A DNA stretch of 63,567 nucleotides, counting the filler, from Chloroflexota bacterium (GTDB taxonomy: Bacteria > Chloroflexota > Chloroflexia > QHBQ01): the NCBI GenBank assembly GCA_043754535.1. It is 6 parts of 6 records of this genome, joined end to end, with 100 filler letters (N's around TTAATTAATTAA, not from the genome) between each part and the next. Parts side by side here need not be neighbours in the genome. Positions count along the whole stretch, not along the records: positions 1 to 17,284 come from JAYUUN010000025.1; positions 17,385 to 34,223 come from JAYUUN010000027.1; 4 more parts are not named here. The stretch is one strand, 5' to 3'. This document shows positions 10,507 to 20,161 of this stretch, one piece after another. The notes under the pieces were generated by a model. That model was not told where the DNA came from. It saw only the letters and a list, made by a program, of their open reading frames with translations, and ran no database searches. The stretch's first letter is position 1, and each line of letters begins with the position of its first letter. A program made the translations under genes and the position numbers.

Positions 10507-11000
10507 ACAGTAGAGGCGAACGCCTACCCATCCACCACATCCTGATCGCCGTCAAGGATGGCGAGAGTGACGAAGATGCGCTGGCCCTGGGTTATGCTAC
10601 CGCCCGTAAGAGCCACGCCCATTGCACTGTGATGCACGTGATCGAGGTGCCGCAGGCCTACCCCCTGACCGCCGACTTGCCCGCCGAGGTAGAGCATGGT
10701 GAGCGTGCCTTGCAACACGCCGAACAGGTGGCGGCCCGCTACGACCTGGAGTTGGAGACTGAACTGGTGCAGGCACGCAAGATCGGCCCAGCTATCGTGG
10801 ATGAGGCGGTAGCCCGCAATAGCGACCTGGTGATCGTTACTGCCCAACTGCACCGTCGCCCTGGCGAGTTTGCGATGGGCAAGACTGTACCCTATGTCCT
10901 TAGCCACGCCCCTTGCCGAGTCTGGATTTGTCGCTCGGCGATCAACGAGCAGGATCGCAACCCTTTCGCGCATACTACCCACCATGAGGAGAAGAACTAA
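10500..11000 (+). CDS. Universal stress protein (start uncertain)
   Basis: ILIAV N-terminal strand, AIVDEA, 'GKTVPYVLSHAPCRV' Usp C-terminal motif. Confidence 0.85.
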   Translation: MLDSRGERLPIHHILIAVKDGESDEDALALGYATARKSHAHCTVMHVIEVPQAYPLTADLPAEVEHGERALQHAEQVAARYDLELETELVQARKIGPAIVDEAVARNSDLVIVTAQLHRRPGEFAMGKTVPYVLSHAPCRVWICRSAINEQDRNPFAHTTHHEEKN

Positions 11001-11453
11001 ATGCGGGCAATCATCATGGGCAGCGGGCGGGTCGGTTCGCGCCTGGCCCACCTGCTCTACCAGCAGGGCTACGAGGTGGCCGTGATCGACGAGCAACCCA
11101 ATTCCTTCCGCCGCCTCGACCCTACCATCGACGTGCTGACCGTGACCGGCACCGCGATTGATGAGGACGTGCTGAAGGAGGCGGGCATTGAGGAGGCAGA
11201 CGTGTTCGCTGCCGTGACCAACCGCGACAACTCAAACCTGATGGCCGCCCAGATCGCCAAGCACCGCTTCAACGTTGGCACTGTGTTGGTTCGCATCTAC
11301 GACCCGGTACGCGGCGAAATCTACCAGTCTATTGGCCTGCAAACGATCAGCCCGACCACGATCATCGCCGACATCTTCTTCAACGAAATCATCAAACAGG
11401 CACAGCCCGCCAGCCCCGCTACTGCCCCAACTAGCCAAAAGGAGACCCGCTAA
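11001..11453 (+). CDS. TrkA-N (RCK) potassium uptake NAD-binding protein
   Basis: IIMGSGRVG, AGIEEAD, AVTNRDNSN. Confidence 0.9.
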   Translation: MRAIIMGSGRVGSRLAHLLYQQGYEVAVIDEQPNSFRRLDPTIDVLTVTGTAIDEDVLKEAGIEEADVFAAVTNRDNSNLMAAQIAKHRFNVGTVLVRIYDPVRGEIYQSIGLQTISPTTIIADIFFNEIIKQAQPASPATAPTSQKETR

Positions 11454-12127
11454 TGTACATCATCGTGGTTGGTGGCGGCAAGATTGGCTACTACCTGACC
11501 AAGACGCTGGTCAACGAGGGGCGTGAGGTGCTGCTGATCGAGAAGGACTCCAAGAAGGTCGCCACCTACGAGGAGCGGTTTGGCTCGGTGGTGGTGCAGG
11601 GCGACGGCTGTGAAGCGGCTACGCTGGAGGCGGCGGGTGCTGCTCGCGCCGACGTGCTGGTGGCCGTCACTGGCGACGACGAGGACAACCTGGTGGCCTG
11701 CCAGATCGCCAAAGCCCACTACAACGTGCGGCGCACCATCTGTCGGGTCAACAACCCAAAGAACGAGCGGATTATCAAAGACCTGGGCGTGGACGTGACG
11801 GTGGACGCGACCAACCTGATGAAGGACTTGATCGAGCAGTATATCCCAGAGCGACACATGGTGCATCTGCTAACCATGCGCCACGCCGACCTTGCCATCG
11901 TTGAGGGGCGGGTGACGGCTGGTTCACCGGTGTTGGGCAAGGTGATCTCGGATGTGCGCTTCCCGGCCCGCACTGTAATCTCTGCCATCGTGCGCCAGAG
12001 CCAACTGCTGGTCGCCAGTGGTAGCACTCGCTTTGAGGAGGGCGACGAGGTGATCGCGATCAGCCACAGGGAGCAGGAGGGCGAACTGCAAACCCTGTTC
12101 ACTGGTGAGGAGATCGCCCAGATTTAG
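11453..12127 (+). CDS. trkA: TrkA family potassium uptake protein (RCK_N + RCK_C)
   Basis: VVGGGKIG, GDGCE, AVTGDDEDN, C-terminal RCK_C domain. Confidence 0.9.
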   Translation: MYIIVVGGGKIGYYLTKTLVNEGREVLLIEKDSKKVATYEERFGSVVVQGDGCEAATLEAAGAARADVLVAVTGDDEDNLVACQIAKAHYNVRRTICRVNNPKNERIIKDLGVDVTVDATNLMKDLIEQYIPERHMVHLLTMRHADLAIVEGRVTAGSPVLGKVISDVRFPARTVISAIVRQSQLLVASGSTRFEEGDEVIAISHREQEGELQTLFTGEEIAQI

Positions 12128-12137
12128 CAGCCAGAGC

Positions 12138-12178
12138 GCGAAGCACCCCGTAGGCCATGCGCTGCGGGGTGTCTTTGC
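12138..12178. terminator. Hairpin between convergent genes
   Basis: caccccgtag...ctgcggggtg stem. Confidence 0.5.
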
Positions 12179-12194
12179 GTCAGCCAAAGGGTGG

Positions 12195-14369
12195 CTACTC
12201 CTCGTAGCTGCTGTTCATGGCCTTCTCGGCCAGGTTGGCAGCGTAGCCTGCGGTACGCAAGGCTTTCGTCACCTTGCTCACTGCCGAGTCGCGGGCGTGC
12301 GCGCTAACATCGGGCAGCTTGACCAGGGCGGTGGTGGGGTTGAGGCGGCGCAAGACATAGCTGCTGGTTTTGCGGCCTGCCGCCAGTTCGTCCAACACGG
12401 TGGGGTCATCCACCTCAAGCAGCGTAACCTCGGTCAGGCGCACGCGCTTGACCGCCCGCGCCCAGTCTTCGATGCTGCGGGCGACATTCTGCGGCACCTC
12501 GCGCTGGCTCTGGGCCTGCAAGAACTGCTGGATGGCCGCCACGCTGAAGCCCGACTCTAGGGCGCGCTGGATGCTCTCGCGGCTGATCGTGTAGACGCTC
12601 ACCATGTCGTGACGGCTCAGGTCGGCGATCTGCAAGAGGTACCAGAGCGGTACGCTTTCTGGCTTGAAGACCAGCACCTCGAAGTTGGGTTGGAGGAGCA
12701 GCGACTTAGTGGCCTCGGCTGGGGGCAGCGGCCCATCCTCATGCAAGCGGCTGCTAGCCTCTGGCCCCAGGCGGAAGGCGACCGCCTGCCCCGTTGCATC
12801 GTAGCCCACGTCGGCCAGGCCCAGCCAGTGCAGGCCGCTGGTAACGATAGCAGCGATCACCCGCCCCTCGCGCTGCGGCCAGTTGGTGGCGAAGCTAGTC
12901 AGGTTGCGGTAGCCACCCATGAAGCGCACGGCATCCTGCTTGTTGCGAAAGAAGATGTAGGGGTCGGCGACCTCAAAGTAGTTGACCAGGCTGCTGGTGG
13001 CGTACCACTGGCCGGGGGCGAGTTCGAGCAGCTTGTCCACAACCTTGTGGCGGCCAAAGGTGATGTTGCCCGCCCACCAGAAGCCAGCGGCGTAGACTGC
13101 TGGCTCAAACCACTCCTTGTCGTCCAACCAGAGGTGGGCCAGGCGGCGGCTCTGGGCGGCAAAGCCGAGGGCGGCCCACTCGTCGGCCTTCGCAGTCAGC
13201 AACAAGCGGTCACGCTCTGGGTTGACGCGCAAGAGGTCGAGGGCGAGGCAGAGGTGGAGGATCAGTTCGAGGCGGTTGGTCGGCAGGTCGAGCGAGTCGG
13301 GTTGGAGCAGCAGTTCGTTCAGCCGCTTGCTGACCCGCTTGGGCAGGTGGGTGTCATCATGCGCAGTCAGGCTGAACTTGTTCTGCTTGACGAAGGCAAG
13401 GACGGTGAGGATGTCCCAGGCGAGGGTGTGGGGCTGCTGCACTGCGCTGCGCTGCGGTTCGCCCACGAAGGCCGTGATTGGCGGCGGGGGGGTATGCGGC
13501 TGCACGTCGGGCTGCATAATATCTTTGGGGATGAAGAAGTTACGCACCGCCCCGGTGTAGGTCTCCAGCACGAGGAAGCGTTGACCGAGCAGGCGCAGGC
13601 TCTGGCGCATCTCTGCTTCGGAGAGAACCGCCGCCCGCCGCAGGGCATCGAGGGTCATGCGCCCGCTGTGCTGCTCCAGCAGGCGGTAGATTGCCTGGGC
13701 ATTGTCGGGTAGGATCGCCAGCATTGCCCGCACCCGCTCTGGCTCGGCGAAGGCACCCAGTAGCACATCGGCTACTTCATCCTTATAGTAAGCGGGCTGG
13801 CTAAACTTTAGCTTCCAGTTGGTGGCAATCTGCTCAAGCTGGGCCAATTCGTACTGCTCTAGCAGCTTGCTAACTGGCAGATCAAAGCGTGGTGGCTCAG
13901 TCATCTCTGCCGCGATCTTCTTTAGCACGCGAGAGACTTCGCTGGAGATCGAGACGGCGGGCCGCCGCTCGGCACCATCGGCGGGGTTGCCCTTAGTTGC
14001 ATAGCGGTATTGGCTGGTGACCACCCGGTTGTTCTTCGCCAGCACGTCCTCTATATCCACGATCCCCAGTTGGCTGATGTGTTGCAGCATCGCCTGCACC
14101 TCCGCTGGGTTGAGCGAGAAGGCAACCGCCAGGGTGTCTACGAAAGCGGTGCTAGCCCGCTGATCCATCAGCCAGTTGACGAAGTTGCGCTCCTGGGCAG
14201 TCAATTCACCCCAAATCCACTTGACCGAGGTCTCATCAATCAACTCACGATAGAGGAGCATCGCCAGTTCGTTCTGGCCCAGCCGGGCGGGAGGCAGTTG
14301 GAGGGCGGCGGCGATCTGCTTAAGTTCGTCGTAAGAGCGGCCAATAAGTCGCCCCAACAGGTTTTTCAC
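12195..14369 (-). CDS. XPB/Ssl2 N-terminal (helicase-associated) domain protein
   Basis: C-terminal 'LLLQPNFEVL...YTISRESIQRALESG...VPQNVARSIEDW' motif. Confidence 0.8.
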   Translation of the reverse strand: MKNLLGRLIGRSYDELKQIAAALQLPPARLGQNELAMLLYRELIDETSVKWIWGELTAQERNFVNWLMDQRASTAFVDTLAVAFSLNPAEVQAMLQHISQLGIVDIEDVLAKNNRVVTSQYRYATKGNPADGAERRPAVSISSEVSRVLKKIAAEMTEPPRFDLPVSKLLEQYELAQLEQIATNWKLKFSQPAYYKDEVADVLLGAFAEPERVRAMLAILPDNAQAIYRLLEQHSGRMTLDALRRAAVLSEAEMRQSLRLLGQRFLVLETYTGAVRNFFIPKDIMQPDVQPHTPPPPITAFVGEPQRSAVQQPHTLAWDILTVLAFVKQNKFSLTAHDDTHLPKRVSKRLNELLLQPDSLDLPTNRLELILHLCLALDLLRVNPERDRLLLTAKADEWAALGFAAQSRRLAHLWLDDKEWFEPAVYAAGFWWAGNITFGRHKVVDKLLELAPGQWYATSSLVNYFEVADPYIFFRNKQDAVRFMGGYRNLTSFATNWPQREGRVIAAIVTSGLHWLGLADVGYDATGQAVAFRLGPEASSRLHEDGPLPPAEATKSLLLQPNFEVLVFKPESVPLWYLLQIADLSRHDMVSVYTISRESIQRALESGFSVAAIQQFLQAQSQREVPQNVARSIEDWARAVKRVRLTEVTLLEVDDPTVLDELAAGRKTSSYVLRRLNPTTALVKLPDVSAHARDSAVSKVTKALRTAGYAANLAEKAMNSSYEE

Positions 14370-14544
14370 AGTAATTCACTCCCCGATGCGTGTACTTCGC
14401 GTTATGCCAGCCCCATGCTAGAGAGGGGGATACTCTGCATGGTATAACATACGGCTGGTAGTTTGTCAAATATGGGCTGATTTTGGGGTCAGGACAGCCA
14501 GCATCTACCTGGCTGGTAGCGCGAAGGTGTGGCTGCCCTACCCT

Positions 14545-15036
14545 CTACCAGCCGACAGTACCAGGGCCGCCCTTGAAGGGGCCAACAAGCTCGCTGGTAA
14601 TCCAACCGCCGTAGAAGTCGCCCTCCTGGGCCTGCACCCGCTCCTCGCCAACGTAGCAAGCATCCATCCGTCCAGGATAGAAGGCGACAGTGTCACGCAG
14701 CAACTCGTAGCCAGGGGCGGGGTTTGGGTAGTACCAGGCGGCATTGACGGCCTGCCGTTCGCCAACCGTGATCGTGTAATAGCCCGCCTGCCCCTTGAAC
14801 TCGCAGAAGCTAGAGCGTGAGGTGCGGCTAAGGTGGGCCATGACAATGTCGTGGCTGGGGATATAGTAGACGGGCGGGTGGCTGGTCTCCAATACGCGTA
14901 CTGCCGCCGTACTATCGGCGATGATCAGGCCGTTGAAGACCACCTGCACCCGCTTGCTGCTTGGCTCGACGCGGGGCGGGCGAGGGTAATCCCAGACCGA
15001 CTCCTGACCAGGGCCGGGTTGTACTCGCTTATTCAT
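14545..15036 (-). CDS. DUF427 family protein
   Basis: ESVWDYPRPP, LETSHPPVYYIP, CEFKGQA, FYGGWIT. Confidence 0.9.
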   Translation of the reverse strand: MNKRVQPGPGQESVWDYPRPPRVEPSSKRVQVVFNGLIIADSTAAVRVLETSHPPVYYIPSHDIVMAHLSRTSRSSFCEFKGQAGYYTITVGERQAVNAAWYYPNPAPGYELLRDTVAFYPGRMDACYVGEERVQAQEGDFYGGWITSELVGPFKGGPGTVGW

Positions 15037-15317
15037 GATGCTATTTCACCTTTCGGATGCGTAATTGAACGTGTCAATTGGCAAGCCAGAAACCTGCCAA
15101 AGCCATTATACCATTTGTTGCCGCCCCAATTCCTGTGCAGATTTGGTGGGGTTTGCACGCCTTTGCCCCTTTACAATATGGCTAAGCAGTGGTATGCTTT
15201 GACAATCGTCTAAGTCGCTGGTAAGAGCGGCGCAAGACGTACCCTGTGCTACCCAGGGCAACGTGGGGGTAGCAGTCGAACCAACAGTGGCTTCGCAAGA
15301 GGCCGAGAAGAAGAAAG

Positions 15318-17284
15318 GTGAAGTCCTTGAAGAACCACAAGTTGTATCGTTTGCTCGCTCTGGTGATGGTGCTTTCCCTCAGCCTGTTCGGAGTCGCACA
15401 GGCAACCAGCAATCAGAGCGTCAGCAGCAAGCCGCTGGCCGCCCCAGCCAAGCCGGTAGAGAAGCAGAAGAACGCCCCCATCGCCCAGGTCTCCAAGTCT
15501 ACCGGTGTTGAGTGCAGCACCCAAGATGCGGATGCCCTCAATATGCAGACCAACCTCCGTGCTGGCCTGATCCTCTTTGAGTGCTTCGGCGGCGAGAAGC
15601 CGAAGATTGATGGCAGCAAGTCTGTCACCGCTGTGCAACCCAACAGTAGCCCCAACTTCGGCGGCACTGATGTGAACACCATCACCGGCCCAGAGACCTT
15701 CCCCAAGGTCACCCAGGCTGAAGCGATGGTCTGGGCTAACGGCCAGAACGTGGTCGTCGGCATGAACGACTCGGCTGGCTCTGCTAACACCCCCCCCACG
15801 TACTCGACCGTCTCCTACTCGACGGATGGCGGTACGACCTTCACCCGCATCAACCCCACGCCGCTGACTGGCTACGGTTCCAACTACGGCGACCCCCTGA
15901 TTGTCTACAACGTCCGTCTAGGCAAGTGGTTTAACGGTGAACTGGTCAGCGGCAGCGGCACGAACGGCAACTGTGGCGCGCAGGGTATCGCCGTCTGGCA
16001 ATCCACCAATATGTCCACCTGGACGGGGGCAGCCTGCGCCCATGTTGGTAGCAACGACGACCGTATGGGAATCTGGGCCGACAACAACCCGGCTAGCACC
16101 TACTATGGCCGTATGTACATCAGCTGGAACGACTTTGGCGTTAGCGGCAACAACCCACCAGTGCAGGTAACTTACTCGGACAACGGCACTACCTGGAGCG
16201 CACCGGTAACGGTTGCCACCAGCAACCCCAACTTCATCCGCAACCAGCAGATCAGCGGCAGCCGCGGTAGTGACGGCACCGTTTACCTCTACGGTGGTCA
16301 ACCGGTCTTCCCGCAGGCCACTGGCACCAGCAACACCAACCACGTCTACAAGTCCACCAATGGTGGCCTGACCTGGACTGAACTGACCCTCAACAGCCCA
16401 ACCTGGATCGCCCCTTACGACCTGCTCTGCGGTGGCCGCCTCTCAATGGCCCCAATCTGGCGGTTCGAGGGCTTCGGTCAACTTGGTGTCGGCCCCAACA
16501 ACAGCCTGCACCTCTCCTACGTGCAGAAGGGTGCTACCGGCGACGGTGGCGATGTGTATTACACTCGCTCACTTGATGGCGGTGCCACCTGGTCGGCCCC
16601 GGTTCGTATTGACGATAGTGGTGCCAGCACTCGCGCCCAGTTCAAGTCGGGCCTGGCTGTCACCGTGCGTGGCGCAGTGGTAGTCACCTGGTACGACCGC
16701 CGCAACACCACTAACAACGACTACCAGATGTACAGCCGCGTCTCCTACGACAACGGCTCGACCTGGCAGGCCGCCACCCCCCTCAGCGACCAGATCATCC
16801 CCCAGCCCGCTCAGGTTGACAGCGGCGTGCAGGCTTGCTACGGTGGCGACTACGACTACCAGTACGCCGATGGCGACATGGTTCACATGGTCTGGACTGA
16901 CGGTCGCGTGGTGATTAGCGGCCAGAACCAGGAAGATGTCTTCTACGACAAGGCTCAGGTTACGGTAGGGCGTACCGGCACCATCGCTGGCTTCGTCCAC
17001 AGCAGCAGCGGCGCACCACTTGCCAATGCCCAGGTCGCAACAACTGATAGCATTAGTGGCACAACGAGCTTCGTCTCTACTGACAGCAACGGCAACTACA
17101 GCGTCAGCGTGCCGATCACCCCCACCTACGCGATGACCGCCAGCAAGTTCCTCTACAACTCGCAGTCGGTCAGTGGCGTGACGGTTGTCTCTGGCGTGAC
17201 CACCACCCAGAACTTCACCCTCACTGGCCTTGCTACTGGCACCATCGCGGGTGTGGTCACGGACAGCCTGACCAGCCTGCCGAT
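15318..17284 (+). CDS. Secreted BNR/sialidase-like beta-propeller protein with carboxypeptidase-regulatory-like domains (3' truncated by contig end)
   Basis: Signal peptide, Asp-box repeats (STDGGTTF, SDNGTTW, STNGGLTW, SLDGGATW), GDY motif, 'GTIAGFV...TDSNGNY'. Confidence 0.8.
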
Positions 17285-17384
17285 NNNNNNNNNNNNNNNN
17301 NNNNNNNNNNNNNNNNNNNNNNNNNNNNTTAATTAATTAANNNNNNNNNNNNNNNNNNNNNNNNNNNNNNNNNNNNNNNNNNNN
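17285..17384. other. Artificial contig linker (N + TTAATTAATTAA + N)
   Basis: 100-nt linker with stops in all frames; identical linkers elsewhere. Confidence 0.97.
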
Positions 17385-19237
17385 GGGTGGTGGTTGCAAC
17401 CCGATCTACCCAACGCCGTCCCCACGAGTGTCCATGTCGAAGTTTCAATCCCCTCAAATGCGGGGTGGTGGTTGCAACTTGATGGATACCACGACCCTGA
17501 TCAGCCGACTCGAAGTTTCAATCCCCTCAAATGCGGGGTGGTGGTTGCAACAAGTGATGGTGGATGAAGTAAGGGGAGGCTGGGGCGTTTCAATCCCCTC
17601 AAATGCGGGGTGGTGGTTGCAACGTATTCCTTCTTTTGATTCAATTGTAGAGAGAATGTTTCAATCCCCTCAAATGCGGGGTGGTGGTTGCAACTCCAAG
17701 TTTCGTCGCCCACCGGCGACAACAGCCAAGTTTCAATCCCCTCAAATGCGGGGTGGTGGTTGCAACTCGAGTGCGATCCCCCCTGGTGGTGTTACCAGCT
17801 TCAGGTTTCAATCCCCTCAAATCCGGGGTGGTGGTTGCAACGTCGTGCATCTACTATTTCAAATTATGTTTGCAACAGTAGTTTCAATCCCCTCAAATGC
17901 GGGGTGGTGGTTGCAACTTTATGTTGCTGTTGCTAGTACAATGTATCTTTGGTTTCAATCCCCTCAAATGCGGGGTGGTGGTTGCAACTAGGATGGGGCA
18001 GGAGGCAAAGCATGGCTAAGAGGTTTCAATCCCCTCAAATGCGGGGTGGTGGTTGCAACCTCATGCAACTGGCCCAGCCCGCCCAACTCGCGGTGTTTCA
18101 ATCCCCTCAAATGCGGGGTGGTGGTTGCAACTCGCTTACCATGCCATCGGTGGAGAGAACACCAGATGGTTTCAATCCCCTCAAATGCGGGGTGGTGGTT
18201 GCAACCACGCTGCCGCCACCCGATAGGCCGCCGCGTGCTGGCGGGTTTCAATCCCCTCAAATGCGGGGTGGTGGTTGCAACTAAGTAGCGTAGAGGCTTA
18301 CATGGCCTTGCCACAACGGTTTCAATCCCCTCAAATGCGGGGTGGTGGTTGCAACGCCATGCTCATCTTGCGGCCTTACAACCGCGTCCTCGTTTCAATC
18401 CCCTCAAATGCGGGGTGGTGGTTGCAACCGGGCGACCAGGCACATGATGTTCTGCAAGCGGCTCTAGTTTCAATCCCCTCAAATGCGGGGTGGTGGTTGC
18501 AACCCCGGCACAACAAGGGCAAGGAGAATAGTGCAATGGTTTCAATCCCCTCAAATGCGGGGTGGTGGTTGCAACCTTAGCCTCGCCACCGTTGCCGCCT
18601 TGCCGCTCCAGGTTTCAATCCCCTCAAATGCGGGGTGGTGGTTGCAACAACACTGCGCTGGGGGTGATTATTGCGCTCGGCCTGGTTTCAATCCCCTCAA
18701 ATGCGGGGTGGTGGTTGCAACGGTACAGGGCTGGCACCTGTGAGAGGCAGCGTGCCAGTTTCAATCCCCTCAAATGCGGGGTGGTGGTTGCAACTAGGGC
18801 GATGTGGTCGGCTTCGGCTGGGCCGCCGTGTTTCAATCCCCTCAAATGCGGGGTGGTGGTTGCAACACGGCAGATAAGGCGGCCACAACAATCAGGAGAC
18901 TGTCATGTTTCAATCCCCTCAAATGCGGGGTGGTGGTTGCAACGCTCTGTACGGGCGCATCAAAATCTACCGTCAAGGCGTTTCAATCCCCTCAAATGCG
19001 GGGTGGTGGTTGCAACGTGAGGGCGATGTATGCAGAGGCCGGGGCGATAGAGGTTTCAATCCCCTCAAATGCGGGGTGGTGGTTGCAACTCGGGCAGGCT
19101 CATACCGTCAAGGTTAATGCTGCCGTTTCAATCCCCTCAAATGCGGGGTGGTGGTTGCAACGCTGCTCGCCGTTGGCACATGGGCGGCCACGTCGCCCAG
19201 GTTTCAATCCCCTCAAATGCGGGGTGGTGGTTGCAAC
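17385..19237 (-). CRISPR. CRISPR array 1: 25 full repeats + 1 partial, 25 spacers; repeat GTTGCAACCACCACCCCGCATTTGAGGGGATTGAAAC (37 bp)
   Basis: Direct repeats with unique spacers; one variant repeat at 17805; orientation from ATTGAAAC 3' end and leader promoter; trailer cut by contig end. Confidence 0.98.
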
Positions 19238-19288
19238 CCTCCCGGCGTAGGTTTACGCACGATTTGCGAGAGGCTACTGCAACAGCTC

Positions 19289-19316
19289 ATTATAGCACAC
19301 TTTTGGCCGTTGTCAA
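19289..19316 (-). promoter_or_regulatory. CRISPR leader sigma-70 promoter
   Basis: Minus strand TTGACA-N16-TATAAT with extended -10 TGn, about 50 nt before the first repeat. Confidence 0.8.
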
Positions 19317-19527
19317 TACCCGCTGCCGACCAATTTTGGGCCTATTTGCCGCTGCGAGAGGCGCAACCGTAGTTCGCCACCGCACCCACCCCTCGCGCAA
19401 CCAGCCTGCCACCACTGACTTGCCCCAGCGAAGTTGCTATCAAAGTCCGTGCCACTTCTAAACCCCAGTCCAACCCTGACAATGGACTATGATAACACCC
19501 CCTCGTCTTTGTTATCATGGTCCGTTG

Positions 19528-20020
19528 TCACTCTTCCGGTAGGGAAGTGATAACGCAGACTGATAGCATGGCGGCTGTTAGCCTCTCTCCTTCCGCGGTG
19601 ATGTAGTAGTTACCACGTCCGCTTGGATGGCTGATATAGCCTTGCTCCTCGGCCTCGTTCAGCAGCCAGTTTAGGGTTGCCGAAGGCACGCCCAGTGCGA
19701 TCTTCATTGCACTGGAGCCTAAGTCCTGCACTCCGCACTGCTGCCTACGCCGCCAGCCCACTGCCGACTACCGCCAGCCCACTGTCTACTGCCCACTGTC
19801 TACTGCCAACTGTCTACTGCCGACTGGCAATTGCAGCACCTCATGTATCCGTTCGCCCGCGTCGCGCTCCCGCTTGAACCAATCAGTCACGTCATAGCCG
19901 CTCGACAGCCGGTTGCCATTCGCCCACTCCAACACCAAACCGCACCCGCCGAAGCCCGCCGCCAGCTTGTGCGCCTGCTCAAGATCACTCTGCTGGTTAT
20001 CGAACAGCACAAAGATGCAA
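19528..20020 (-). pseudogene. Remnant of Toprim (primase-like) and winged-HTH coding sequence
   Basis: 'FVLFDNQQSDLEQAHKLA...GYDVTDWF' resembles a Toprim C-terminus; 'LGVPSATLNWLLNEAEEQGYI...GNYYITAEG' resembles wHTH; separated by a short tandem repeat and stop. Confidence 0.4.
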
Positions 20021-20083
20021 GTGACCTCACCAAAACCTTACCAGCTTTCCTCAACCTTTTGTCCAAAATCATCAGCCAGCCAG

Positions 20084-20112
20084 TTGCATCTTGTCGCTCT
20101 TTCTGCTATACT
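20084..20112 (+). promoter_or_regulatory. Promoter of second cmr1-cas10' module
   Basis: TTGCAT-N17-TATACT with TGn extended -10. Confidence 0.6.
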
Positions 20113-20161
20113 CTGCGCCAGCAGCTAACAAGTTCGTGTCACAGCAAAGGTGGTGCGTACC

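Noticed and set aside
17329..17340. Recurrent TTAATTAATTAA palindrome
   Set aside because: Assembly concatenation spacer
17385..19237. Self-targeting spacers within the window
   Set aside because: None found by eye; needs alignment to exclude
17428..19461. Many ORFs over array 1 (FQSPQMRGGGCN etc.)
   Set aside because: Translations of CRISPR repeats
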